Part shown: piece after piece, positions 27,507-37,248 of the stretch
How positions within the stretch are numbered: position 1 is the stretch's first letter
Layout of the letters: each line of letters opens with the position of its first letter
Origin: an uncultured Gemmatimonadales bacterium
GTDB lineage: Bacteria > Gemmatimonadota > Gemmatimonadetes > Gemmatimonadales > GWC2-71-9
DNA: 64,000 nucleotides
Direction of reading: 5' to 3'
Assembly (NCBI GenBank): GCA_963828735.1
Contig: CAWHFW010000005.1
Coordinates: 1,280,001 to 1,344,000, forward strand
The notes under the pieces: generated by a model
Seen by the model: only the letters and a program-made list of their open reading frames with translations
What the model was told of the DNA's origin: nothing
Databases searched by the model: none
Made by a program: the position numbers and the translations under genes

Positions 27507-28789
27507 AGATGGTCACCGCGCACGTGGGCAGCAGTGCCCTCGTGCGCCTGGCCGGGCGGCTGGACGGCGAATGGTCCCGCCATCTGGCCGACACGCTGGA
27601 CGAGCTCCTCCGCGACGGGTTACGCTCGGTGGTGCTCGAGATGTCCCAGGTGGACTACGTGAGCTCGCCGGGCATCTCGGTGCTGGGGCAGCGATACCGC
27701 GACTTCAGCGCCCTCCGGGGTGAGCTTCGAGTCTCCTCTCCATCACCGGCGGTGCTGCGGGCCCTGACGGCCGCCGGACTCCTCGAACATCTGCTGCTCC
27801 TGCCCGGCGACGCGAGCGTGGCCGGCGGTCCCGGCCGCCCGTCGGCGGCGTTCGTCCGCTCTGGCGACTTCACCGGCGACGCGTGGCAGGTGCCCGCCGT
27901 GGTTGGGCCTGCCGGCCACTATGAGACCTCGCGGCGCCACGAGGCGGGCGTGCTCTCGTGCCGCGTCGTCGGCCGCGCCGACGGCTTCGCGCGAGGGTAC
28001 GACGCCGCGGCCTGCCGCACGGTGCACTTCCCGTCCTCGGTGTTCGGGCTCGGCGTCGGCGCCATCGGCGAGGGGTACGAAGAGACGCGCGACCGCTTCG
28101 GGGAGCTCATCGCGCTCGGTGGCACCGCCGCGTATCTCCCGACCGATGGCGCGCTCACCCCCGACTGGGTGAGCGCCCGTCCGGACGCTCCTCCCACCGT
28201 GGTGCTCGGTGCGGGGCTCGTGTGCGAGGGCGCCTTCTCGAACCTCATCCGATTTCGCACCCAGCCCGGCTCGAACACGGTCTCGCTGGCGGAGCTCGCG
28301 AACGTGGCGCTGGCCACCTCGGGCGGCGACATGGCCGGCATCGTCGCCGCGGCGGAGGCGGCGGAGCTGACGACGGCCGTGCTGCGGCGCTCGCCGGCGA
28401 CCTTGCGCGAGCCGCTCGGATTCGAGGCCGACGAGTTGCGCGAGTGGCTGACCTTCTCGCCGGAGCGCACGACAACGCCCAGGACCGTGCTCATCGCCGG
28501 CGTCGTGGCGCGACGACCGCTCGAGCCGCTGGCCGGTTTCCTCCGGCCGCTCGGGCCGTCGGCCACGCTGGTGGGGCACTTCCACGCCGTGGCCTTCCCC
28601 TATCGGCCGGTGCCGCAGCGGACGGTCTCCCTCAAGGCGCTGGTGGAGAAGCTGCTCGAAGCGCAGTCGCCACGGGAGGTCGGGCACCTCGTGTTCGACG
28701 ACCGTGGGTCCGAGGGCGCCGGCGACAACGCCTTGCTCCGCGGCCTCTGCTGGACGGGGCCGATCACGAGCGTGGCGGCCTGGACGTGA
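27503..28789 (+). CDS. STAS (anti-sigma antagonist) domain fused to an uncharacterised C-terminal domain of about 300 aa
   Basis: LVRLAGRLDG, VVLEMSQVDYVSSPGISVL STAS motif with phosphorylatable Ser; GTGA overlaps at both ends. Confidence 0.8.
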   Translation: MKMVTAHVGSSALVRLAGRLDGEWSRHLADTLDELLRDGLRSVVLEMSQVDYVSSPGISVLGQRYRDFSALRGELRVSSPSPAVLRALTAAGLLEHLLLLPGDASVAGGPGRPSAAFVRSGDFTGDAWQVPAVVGPAGHYETSRRHEAGVLSCRVVGRADGFARGYDAAACRTVHFPSSVFGLGVGAIGEGYEETRDRFGELIALGGTAAYLPTDGALTPDWVSARPDAPPTVVLGAGLVCEGAFSNLIRFRTQPGSNTVSLAELANVALATSGGDMAGIVAAAEAAELTTAVLRRSPATLREPLGFEADELREWLTFSPERTTTPRTVLIAGVVARRPLEPLAGFLRPLGPSATLVGHFHAVAFPYRPVPQRTVSLKALVEKLLEAQSPREVGHLVFDDRGSEGAGDNALLRGLCWTGPITSVAAWT

Positions 28790-29730
28790 ACCTGCTCGTC
28801 GGCGCGATCACGATCGGCCTGATCCTCTCGCTCCTCGCGCTGGGCGTCTTCCTGACCTATCGTGTCTTCGGCCTGCTCGACGTCACCACCGATGGCGCCT
28901 TCGGCGTGGGCGCCGCCACGGCGGCGGCGCTCCTCTCCAATGGATGGCCCCCGGCGGCGGCGACCGCGGTCGGCGCGTGGGCGGGCGCCGTGGCCGGGCT
29001 CGTCACCGGGGTGCTGCACACCCGGTTCGGGATCAACGCGTTGCTCGCCGGCATCCTGACGACGACGGCGCTCTACAGCGGCAACCTGTACATCATGGGT
29101 GGAGGCGACCGGTCGCTCGCCGGAGTGCCGACGCTCATCACGCGGGCCGAGCAGGTGTTCGACCGGCTCGCCCCCGGCACCGAGACGCTGAGCCTGTTCG
29201 GGACGCCCGTGGTGGCCCGGACGATCGCCGCGCTGCTGCTCATGCTCGTGTTGGTGCCGATCGTGGGGTGGCTGCTGGCGCTGTTCTTCCGGACCAGCCT
29301 CGGCCTCGCGCTCCGAGCCACGGGCGACAACCCGCAGATGGCCCGGGCCCTCGGCGTGTCGGTGAGTGGCGCCGTCGTCGTCGGGTTGGTCATGGCGAAC
29401 GGCCTCATCGGACTCTCGGGCGCCCTGTTCGCCGAGTACCAGGGCTTCGCGAACATCCAGATGGGCCTCGGCATGATCGTCACCGGACTCGCGAGCGTCA
29501 TCGTGGGTGAGACGTTGTTCGGGCGTCGCGGGATCGCCCCGCGACTCGTGGCGGTCATCATCGGGACGGTGCTTCTCCGGCTGATCATCGCGGGCGCGGT
29601 CCGAGCCGGCCTCGATCCCAACGCGCTCAAGCTGCTGACGGCGGTTTTTGTCTTTCTGGCGCTCGTGCTGCCCGACGCGCTTCGCCGTCGGCTCCGGCGC
29701 GCCTCGCCTGTCGAGGTCGCGCATGGCTGA
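28786..29730 (+). CDS. ABC transporter permease
   Basis: GLILSLLALGVFLTYRV, DVTTDGAF, GLALRATGDNPQMA, GMIVTGLASVIVGE. Confidence 0.92.
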   Translation: MNLLVGAITIGLILSLLALGVFLTYRVFGLLDVTTDGAFGVGAATAAALLSNGWPPAAATAVGAWAGAVAGLVTGVLHTRFGINALLAGILTTTALYSGNLYIMGGGDRSLAGVPTLITRAEQVFDRLAPGTETLSLFGTPVVARTIAALLLMLVLVPIVGWLLALFFRTSLGLALRATGDNPQMARALGVSVSGAVVVGLVMANGLIGLSGALFAEYQGFANIQMGLGMIVTGLASVIVGETLFGRRGIAPRLVAVIIGTVLLRLIIAGAVRAGLDPNALKLLTAVFVFLALVLPDALRRRLRRASPVEVAHG

Positions 29731-30547
29731 TGTCATGCTCGAGGTCCGCGGGCTGCGCCACACCTTTCATCCGGGCACGCCCGCCGAGATGCGTGCCCTC
29801 CAGGGCATCGACCTCGTGCTGCCGCGCGGGGCCTTCGCTATCGTGCTCGGCACGAACGGCTCAGGGAAATCCACGTTGCTCAACGCGGTCGCCGGATCGT
29901 TCGTGCCCAATCACGGCTCAATCCTGCTCGGCGGCCAGGACGTCACCCGGTGGGCGGAGCACCGGCGGGCGGCCCTCGTCGGCCGGGTCTTCCAGAACCC
30001 GTTCAGCGGGACGGCGCCCGGCATGACGGTCGCCGAGAACCTCGCGCTTGCCGCGCATCGAAGCCACCAGGGCGGGCTGGGCCGGGCGCTGAGCCGGCAG
30101 CGCCGGCGCGAGATCGCCGAGGAGGTGGAGCGGCTCGGCCTCGGACTCGAGCGCCGGCTGGACGCGCCGATCGGCTTGCTCTCGGGCGGCCAGCGTCAGG
30201 CGCTGACGCTCCTGATGGCAACGTTCGAGCGCCCGCAGCTCCTGCTGCTGGATGAACACACTGCGGCGCTGGATCCCAGGAGCGCGGAGCAGGTGGTCCG
30301 CCTGACTCAGGACATCGTGAGCCGGCTCCGTCTCACCACGCTGATGGTGACGCATTCGTTGCCGCAGGCGGTGCGCCTCGGGGATCGCGTGCTCATGATG
30401 CACCGCGGAAAGGTGGTGCACGACTGGACCGAGATCCGGAAGCGCCGGCTGCGGGTGGAGGATCTGCTCGCGACGTTCGACGAGGTAAGGGGCGCCGAGC
30501 TGTTGGACGCGAGTGCCGCGGCGATGCTCCAGCGGACCTACGTCTAG
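29723..30547 (+). CDS. ABC transporter ATP-binding protein
   Basis: GTNGSGKST, LSGGQRQ, LLLLDEHTAALDP, MVTH. Confidence 0.95.
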   Translation: MADVMLEVRGLRHTFHPGTPAEMRALQGIDLVLPRGAFAIVLGTNGSGKSTLLNAVAGSFVPNHGSILLGGQDVTRWAEHRRAALVGRVFQNPFSGTAPGMTVAENLALAAHRSHQGGLGRALSRQRRREIAEEVERLGLGLERRLDAPIGLLSGGQRQALTLLMATFERPQLLLLDEHTAALDPRSAEQVVRLTQDIVSRLRLTTLMVTHSLPQAVRLGDRVLMMHRGKVVHDWTEIRKRRLRVEDLLATFDEVRGAELLDASAAAMLQRTYV

Positions 30548-30583
30548 CGCGGGGCGACGGCGCACGTCACCCGGAACAACGCG

Positions 30584-30614
30584 AAGGGGGCATGCCCGAA
30601 ACGCATGCCCCCTT
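30584..30614. terminator. Bidirectional intrinsic terminator hairpin
   Basis: AAGGGGGCATGC-CCGAAAC-GCATGCCCCCTT perfect 12-bp stem between convergent genes. Confidence 0.8.
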
Positions 30615-30641
30615 TGGCGTCGCTCAGGGTGATCGATCGAC

Positions 30642-32768
30642 TCAGAACCTGGCGATCTCGAGCATGGCTTCCTCCAGATCGTCCACCTGGGGCAGGATCA
30701 CGTCCTCGAGCTCGGGCGCGTAGGCCACGAACGTGTCGGTGGAGGCGACGCGGCGGACCGGCGCGTCGAGATAGGCGAACATCTCGTCGGCGATCCGCGC
30801 GGCGATCTCCGCGCCGTACCCCCACGACAGCGAATCCTCATAGGCCACGATCACCCGATTGGTCTTCCGCACCGACTCGCCGATGGCGTCCCAGTCCACC
30901 GGCGAGAGCGAGCGCAGGTCGATGACCTCGACGCTCACCCCGTGAAGCTCTTCAGCGCGCTTGGCCGCCCAGAGCGAGCGCTGGACCAGCGCGCCGTAGG
31001 TCACGACCGTCAGATCGGTTCCCGGCCGCACCACTTTGGCCTTGCCCAGCGGGATCATGAAATTGGGGCCGGGGTTCGGCGCCTTGTTGTAGGTCTGCCG
31101 GTAGAGGTGCTTGTGCTCCAGGAAGAGCACCGGGTCGTCGGCGCGGATGGCGGTGCGCAGCAGCCCGTTGGCGTCGAGCGCCGTGGCCGGGCAGACGACG
31201 CGCAGACCCGGCACGCCGGTGAAGACCGCGGCACCGGTCTGCGAGTGATACACCGACCCGCCCTTCAGGTAGCCGCCGTAGGTGACGCGGACGACGACCG
31301 GCGCGGAGAAGGCGTTGTTCGACCGCCAGCGCATCAACGCGAGTTCGTTCCGGAGCTGCATATACGCCGGCCAGATGTAGTCGAAGAACTGGATCTCGAC
31401 CACCGGCTTGAGCCCGCGCGTGGCGAGCCCCACCGCTCGGCCGATGATGTTGGCCTCGGCGAGGGGCGAGTTGTAGACACGATCGCCCCCGAAGGTGCGC
31501 TGCAGTCCCCACGTCACCTTGAAGACGCCGCCCTTGCCCTTCACGTCGGGAAGGTTGTCCTCGCGACTGCAATCGGCCACGTCCTCGCCGAAGAGGACGA
31601 TCCGCGGATCCCTCGCCATCTCGTCGCGAAGACAGATGTTGAGGAGGTCCACCATCGTCGTGGGGTCACCGGTGAAGCGCGGATCGTCCTCGGTATCGAA
31701 CTGCTCGGACGTCGGATCCACGTCCGGCGAGTAGACGTAGCGATAGATGGTGTCCGTGGCCGGCTGCGGCGACACAAGCGCGGCGTCCGCGGCCGCCTGC
31801 ACCTCTTCGGCAATCTCCCGGGCGATCTGATCGAGCTCCGCCTGGGTCGCCATGCCCTGCTCCAACAGATGTTTCGGAAACCGGTTCAGCGGATCCCGCT
31901 CCGCGTCCGCCTGACGCTCGGCGGGGGGCCGGTACTGGACTTCGTCGTCGGAGAGCGAGTGGCTATAGGGGCGGATCACCTTCGCGTGAACCAGGGCCGG
32001 CCCCTTCCGGGCGCGGGCGTAGTCCACCGCCTTGCTGAGCGTGTCGTACGAGGCGAGGACGTCGCAGCCATCGACTTCCTGAATGAACAGTCCGGGAAAT
32101 CCGGTGAGCAGTTTCGACACCGAGCCGCCCGGGGTGTTGACCTCGACCGGCACCGAGATGGCGTAGCCGTTGTCCTCGACCAGGAAGACGACCGGCAACT
32201 TGAGATTGGTGGCGGTGTTGAGGGCCTCCCAGAACTCGCCTTCGCTCGTGGTGCCGTCGCCCGTGGTGCACAGCACCACCTCGTCGCCGTGGGACAGCTC
32301 CTCGCGCTCAGCGATCCCCTCGATGCTCGAGTAGCGAAGCCACGCCTCGGCACAGCCGACGGCCTGCAGAAACTGGGTGCCCGTGGGACTCGAGGCGCTC
32401 ACGATGTTGAGCGCCTTGTGGCCCCAGTGGGAGGGCATCTGGCGGCCGCCCGAGTTGGGATCGGCAGCGGCCCCCACGGCGGAAAGCAACTGCTCGGTGG
32501 CCGTCATCCCCAGCCCGAGGCAGAGCGCGCGGTCCCGGTAGTAGGTGTAGAACCAGTCGTAGGCGGGGCGGAGCACCCGGGCGGCGGCGACGAGCACCGC
32601 CTCATGGCCGGCGCCCGAGATCTGGAAGAAGATCTTGTTCTGCCGCTTGAGCTGGATCTCCTTGTCGTCGATCCGCCGCGCGAGCAGCATGATGCGGTAC
32701 ATCTCGAGCAAATCCGCCTTCTCGAGCTTGGCGGACGCGCGGGCGCGGGTCGAGGTTCGTGTAGCCAT
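30642..32768 (-). CDS. 2-oxoacid (probably branched-chain) dehydrogenase E1, fused alpha/beta subunits
   Basis: [31 protein letters not shown] motif, [25 protein letters not shown]. Confidence 0.93.
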   Translation of the reverse strand: MATRTSTRARASAKLEKADLLEMYRIMLLARRIDDKEIQLKRQNKIFFQISGAGHEAVLVAAARVLRPAYDWFYTYYRDRALCLGLGMTATEQLLSAVGAAADPNSGGRQMPSHWGHKALNIVSASSPTGTQFLQAVGCAEAWLRYSSIEGIAEREELSHGDEVVLCTTGDGTTSEGEFWEALNTATNLKLPVVFLVEDNGYAISVPVEVNTPGGSVSKLLTGFPGLFIQEVDGCDVLASYDTLSKAVDYARARKGPALVHAKVIRPYSHSLSDDEVQYRPPAERQADAERDPLNRFPKHLLEQGMATQAELDQIAREIAEEVQAAADAALVSPQPATDTIYRYVYSPDVDPTSEQFDTEDDPRFTGDPTTMVDLLNICLRDEMARDPRIVLFGEDVADCSREDNLPDVKGKGGVFKVTWGLQRTFGGDRVYNSPLAEANIIGRAVGLATRGLKPVVEIQFFDYIWPAYMQLRNELALMRWRSNNAFSAPVVVRVTYGGYLKGGSVYHSQTGAAVFTGVPGLRVVCPATALDANGLLRTAIRADDPVLFLEHKHLYRQTYNKAPNPGPNFMIPLGKAKVVRPGTDLTVVTYGALVQRSLWAAKRAEELHGVSVEVIDLRSLSPVDWDAIGESVRKTNRVIVAYEDSLSWGYGAEIAARIADEMFAYLDAPVRRVASTDTFVAYAPELEDVILPQVDDLEEAMLEIARF

Positions 32769-32980
32769 TGCACTCGGGGGAGAGGGTCGGTCGCCGGCTG
32801 CTGGAACGACCGGAAAGATAGCGCCCCGCCGGCGCTCCTAGGGAGTTCCGCCGGCCACCGCCAGCAGCTGGTCGTCGCCATTCAAGAAGGGCTCGACTCC
32901 GCTGACGATGGCGGGCCAGGTAGTCGCCGGGCACGCGACCCTCATCCTGGAATCCTCCTGCCCCTGTGTCGCGATCCGCC

Positions 32981-34659
32981 TCATTTGGATTGATACACGA
33001 CACGTCCGCCCACGATCGTCGCGCGGACGGCAGCCCGCTCGATCGCCTCCGGCGGGATGCGCGTGAGGTCCTGGTCCAACAGCACCAGGTCCGCCTTGTA
33101 CCCCGGCGCCAGGCGGCCCCGCCTGCGCTCGGCGAACACGCCGTACGCGTCGCCGTCGTATAGGCGCGGAGCGCCTCCTCCACCGAGATCTTTTCCTCGG
33201 GCACCCAGCCCTCGGGATGCTTGCCGTCGAGCGTCCGCCGGGTGACCGCGGCATAGATGCCGAGGATCGGGTCCAGCGGCGCCACGGTCCAGTCGGACCC
33301 GAACGCGAGATGCGCGTGCCGGTCGAGCAAGGACCGGAAGGCGTACGTCGTCTTGATCCGCTCGGGCCCGATCCGCTTCTCCGCCCAACGGCCGTCGTCG
33401 ATCGCGTGATACGGCTGCATGGACGCGACGACGCCGAGGCGGGCGATGCGGTCGATGTCCTGCCGCCGAAGGTGCTGCGCATGCTCGATCCGGAATCGCC
33501 GGTCGCGCTTGCCGTGCGCCCGCGCGACGCTGTCGTAGATGTCGAGGATCAGGCCGTTGGCGCGCTCGCCGATGGCGTGCACGGCGACCTGCAGTCCGGC
33601 GGAGTCGGCAGCGCCGATCCAGGCACGCAACGAATCTTCGGGGGTCACCAGCACCCCGGACGTCGTCGGGTCGTCGTTGTAGGGAGCATAGAACAACGCG
33701 GTGGTCGAGCCGAGGGAGCCGTCCACGTAGCCTTTGACACCGCCGATCCACACCCAGTCGTCGCCCCGCCCGAGCTTCGCGATGGTATCCGCGACCGCGT
33801 GCCAGGTCTCGAGCGGAAAGTAGAGCGCGGCGCGCGCGGTGAGTGCCCCCGCCGCCTTGGCCCGCAGGTACGTGCCGAGGTCTGCCGGATCCACGCTCAC
33901 GTGCGCGAACGCAGTGACACCCTTCGATGCGGCGTAGGCCAGCGCGCGTCGAAGGGCCGCGTCCCGCTGGGCGTCCGACGGAGCGGGGATCGCCCGCTCC
34001 ACCGGATCCATCGCGCCGTCCTTGAGGATGCCGGTCGGTTCCCCCGTGCGCCGATCGCGCACGATGACCCCGCCAGGGATGTCCTTCGTCGCGCGTGAGA
34101 TGCCGGCGGCACGGAGCGCCGCGGTGTTCGCCAGCCCCATGTGCCCGTCGAGACGGTTCACAAAGACCGGGTTGTTGGGGGTGACCGAGTCGATCCACTC
34201 CCGGCGCGGCAGGGGCGAGCCCGGCCAGCGCTCGTGGTCCCAGTCCCCGCCCAGGATCCACTCGCCGGGGCGCCGCTCGCTGGCGAACGCCTTGAGGCGG
34301 GCGACGAACTCCTCAGGCGAGTTGGCCGGGCGGAGATCGACGCTCGCGAGCTGAAATCCGCCGTCGGTGAAGTGGGTGTGGCCATCCATGAGGCCGGGCA
34401 CCACCATCGCCGCGCCGTTCGCCAGGACCCGGGTCTCGGGGCCGACCAGCCGCGCGATCTCCGCGCTGTCGCCGACCGCCACGATCGAATCGCCGTTCGC
34501 CGCGACCGCGCCGACCCAGGGCCGGGCCGAGTCGCCGGTCCATACGCGACCGTACACCACGAGGCTCGCGGGCCGCGGCGGCGGTGGCGTCTGGCAGGCC
34601 GGGGCGCCGGCGGAAAGCAGCAGGAGCAGGGCGCCGGTATGTGGACGAAGCAGGGTCAC
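32981..34659 (-). pseudogene. YtcJ-like amidohydrolase (amidohydrolase_3) lipoprotein with a 1-nt frameshift near 33155 (mutation or sequencing error)
   Basis: DGHTH, KGYVDG, HAIGE, RIEHAQ, FGSDW in one frame; conserved end GDAYGVFAE..GRLAPGYKADLVLLD..TIVGGRVVY in another frame, stopping at 32981. Confidence 0.85.
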
Positions 34660-34666
34660 GGGTGGC

Positions 34667-34909
34667 TCAGCGGAGTTTGGTGAGTCGCCGGATGGCTTCG
34701 AGCTTCTCGAGGGCGCTGCCCCCCGACGCGGCGGGCGCCACCGAGAAGAGGTCGCGGATATCGAGCAGGATCTCGAGCATGAGCTGGTCGCGCATGTAGG
34801 CGCTATCGAGGTCGATCATGCGGCCCCCGTCGCCGGCGGCCTTGGCGCGGTCATAGGACTCGCGATAGATCGACTCGAGGTTGGCGAGGATGCGTTCGCG
34901 GGCGCGCAT
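34667..34909 (-). CDS. Small hypothetical alpha-helical protein (80 aa)
   Basis: GGAG upstream; MRARERILANLESIYRESY..DQLMLEILLDIRDL; ends 7 nt before the amidohydrolase start. Confidence 0.7.
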   Translation of the reverse strand: MRARERILANLESIYRESYDRAKAAGDGGRMIDLDSAYMRDQLMLEILLDIRDLFSVAPAASGGSALEKLEAIRRLTKLR

Positions 34910-35113
34910 GAAGTTTCTCCGGGAAGTCGGCTCAAGTATAGCCACCCGGGATGGCGGAGCCCACCGGCACGTACTCCCGGCGGATAGAGCCGATCAACGG
35001 CAATCCCCAACACGCCGACGGCCGGTCGAGGTACCGAGCGCGGGACACTATACTTAGCGGAAGCGGCCGGCGCGCCCCGCCCCGGCCCTTCTCTTCCGCC
35101 GCACGAGCACGCC

Positions 35114-35668
35114 ATGACGCTTCAAGGCACGTCGGTCCTGTTCTTCGCGGGCCCCCTCTACGAAGATCTCGAGCTCTGGTATCCCAAGATCCGCCTGGAA
35201 GAGGAGGGGGCTCGCACCGTCGTGGCCGGGACGGGCGAACGGACCTACCAGGGCAAGCGCGGCTATCCGCTCACGGTGGACGCGAACGTGGACGATCTCC
35301 GCGCGGACGAGTTCGACGGGCTGGTGATCCCTGGCGGCTATGCCCCCGACATCATGCGCCGCTCGAAGAAGCTGCTGCAGCTCACCCGTGAGATCTACGA
35401 CGCGGACAAGCCGGTGGCGTTCATCTGCCACGCCGGATGGGTGCCGATCTCCGCCGGCATCGTGCGCGGCAAGCGGGGCACGAGCGTCGGGGCGATCAAG
35501 GACGACCTGGTCAACGCGGGCCTCCTGTGGGAGGACAGCCCGGTGGTCGTGGACGGCAACCTGATCTCGAGCCGCACGCCCGCGGACCTGCCGCAGTTCA
35601 TGCGCGCGCTCATCCGGGCGCTGGCCTCGCGGACCGCCGGGGCGGGCGCCCCCGCGGGGCGGCGCTAG
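35114..35668 (+). CDS. PfpI/DJ-1 family protein (type 1 glutamine amidotransferase-like)
   Basis: YEDLEL, LVIPGGYAPD, AFICHAG catalytic Cys, VVVDGNLISSRTPADL. Confidence 0.93.
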   Translation: MTLQGTSVLFFAGPLYEDLELWYPKIRLEEEGARTVVAGTGERTYQGKRGYPLTVDANVDDLRADEFDGLVIPGGYAPDIMRRSKKLLQLTREIYDADKPVAFICHAGWVPISAGIVRGKRGTSVGAIKDDLVNAGLLWEDSPVVVDGNLISSRTPADLPQFMRALIRALASRTAGAGAPAGRR

Positions 35669-35670
35669 CG

Positions 35671-35988
35671 ATGTCCATCGCCGATGCGCAGCGGCGGGTT
35701 GACGGCTGGGTGGGGCAGTTCGAGGAGGGCTATTTCCATCCGCTCACCAACATCGCGCGCCTCACGGAGGAAGTCGGCGAGCTCGCGCGCGAGGTGAACC
35801 ACCGATTCGGCCAGAAGACGAAGAAGCCGGGCGAGGCCGAGGGCGACCTGGCGATGGAGATGGCGGACATCCTGTTCGTCGTCATCTGCATGGCCAACCG
35901 CGAGGGCATCGACCTGCAGGCGGCGTTCGACCGGATGATGGAGAAAGTGGAGACACGGGATCGGGACCGATGGACGAGGAAGGGATGA
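35671..35988 (+). CDS. MazG-like nucleotide pyrophosphohydrolase (YpjD-like)
   Basis: GYFHPLTNIARLTEEVGELAREVNH.FGQK.KK, EMADILFV..CMAN, RDRDRW. Confidence 0.92.
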   Translation: MSIADAQRRVDGWVGQFEEGYFHPLTNIARLTEEVGELAREVNHRFGQKTKKPGEAEGDLAMEMADILFVVICMANREGIDLQAAFDRMMEKVETRDRDRWTRKG

Positions 35989-36031
35989 CGGAGGGTTGGG
36001 TCGAGCGCACTTTCGATGACCGTCCGACGGT

Positions 36032-36937
36032 CTATTCCCACTCCTCCGGCGCGCCCTCCAGCTCCGCGAGCAACACGAGGTAGCTCTCCCAGCGGTCGCG
36101 GGCGATGGCTCCGGCCTCGACGCCGTCGCGCACGCGGCACCCGGGCTCGGTGCGGTGTCGGCAATCGGCGTAGCGGCAGTCGTTCAGGAAGGGCCGAAAC
36201 TCGGGGAAGCAGGTGTCGAGTTGGCCCGGGTCGATTCCCCACAGCCCCACTTCGCTGAACCCGGGCGTGTCCACGAGGTAGCCGCCGACATCGAGCGGCA
36301 GCATGACGGCAGAGACCGTCGTGTTCCGGCCGCGGCGCACCTTGGTGCTGATCTCGCCGGTCCGGAGCCGCAGGCCGGGCTGCAGCCGGTTGAGCAGGCT
36401 CGACTTCCCCACACCCGACGGTCCCGTGACCACCGAGATGCGTCCGGCAAGGGCGCGGGCGAACCCGTCCATGCCTTCGCCTGTCGTCGTGCTCGTGGGG
36501 TACACCTGATAGCCCGCGCGTCGGCACCGCTCGATGAGGGGCGTGCCCGGATCGAGGTCGATCTTGTTGACGACGACGGCCGCGTGAATCTCATTGGCTT
36601 CGGCCACGACGAGCAGCCGGTCGATGAGCTGGGGAATGGGGGCGGGATACTGGACGGCCGTCACGACGAAGACTTGATCCACGTTGGCGGCGACCGGCCG
36701 GGTGCCGCGGCCTTCCGGAACGCGACGCTCGAGGAGGGCGGTCCGCGGCTCCACGCCGACGATCGCGTGCAGCCGGGCGACCGGATCGGGCTCGAGCCGC
36801 ACGCGATCGCCGACGACCACCCGGGCGGTGTCGCGCTTCGCCTTGCCCGCGAGCACTGCCCGAAGCTCCCCGCCGTCGGTGGCGACGCGATACACCGCCC
36901 CGTCGCGCTCGAGCACCGTGCCGAGGAGCGCCGTCAC
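36032..36937 (-). CDS. rsgA: Ribosome small subunit-dependent GTPase A
   Basis: VVGDRV OB fold, ANVD, NKID, GPSGVGKSS, GRNTT, DTPG, C-x4-C-x-H-x5-C zinc finger. Confidence 0.95.
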   Translation of the reverse strand: MTALLGTVLERDGAVYRVATDGGELRAVLAGKAKRDTARVVVGDRVRLEPDPVARLHAIVGVEPRTALLERRVPEGRGTRPVAANVDQVFVVTAVQYPAPIPQLIDRLLVVAEANEIHAAVVVNKIDLDPGTPLIERCRRAGYQVYPTSTTTGEGMDGFARALAGRISVVTGPSGVGKSSLLNRLQPGLRLRTGEISTKVRRGRNTTVSAVMLPLDVGGYLVDTPGFSEVGLWGIDPGQLDTCFPEFRPFLNDCRYADCRHRTEPGCRVRDGVEAGAIARDRWESYLVLLAELEGAPEEWE

Positions 36938-37248
36938 CACTCCGCGGGCGCGCGGGTGATCGCCTCGTCGAGCGCCGCCTTTACGTCGTAGAGCGAGAGC
37001 GCCTTCACGCGCTCCTCGGCTTCCGCCTCGGTGCGTCCCCACGCGAGCGTCTCGGTCTCGACATGGCCCACGGGCCGCTCCCCGCCGGACGACCAGCGGA
37101 CGAAGAGCAGCGCCGCGCCGTACAGTCCGCGAACGTCCGGCTCCTCGTCCACGTACACGGCCACCGAGTAGGCCTGACCATCGCTCCCGCCGAAGGCCGC
37201 CGCCCGCTCGTGCTTGGCCATGTATCCGCCCAGCGTCAGCTCGCTCAC
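36934..37248 (-). CDS. Hypothetical protein (104 aa)
   Basis: GTGA overlaps at both ends; TLGGYMAKHERAAAFGGSDGQAYSV, LLFVRW, GHVET. Confidence 0.7.
   Translation of the reverse strand: MSELTLGGYMAKHERAAAFGGSDGQAYSVAVYVDEEPDVRGLYGAALLFVRWSSGGERPVGHVETETLAWGRTEAEAEERVKALSLYDVKAALDEAITRAPAEW

Noticed and set aside
32602..33155. Apparent 685-aa amidohydrolase with a long C-terminal extension overlapping the E1 gene
   Set aside because: The extension results from the frameshift; the genuine C-terminus is in the other frame and ends at 32981
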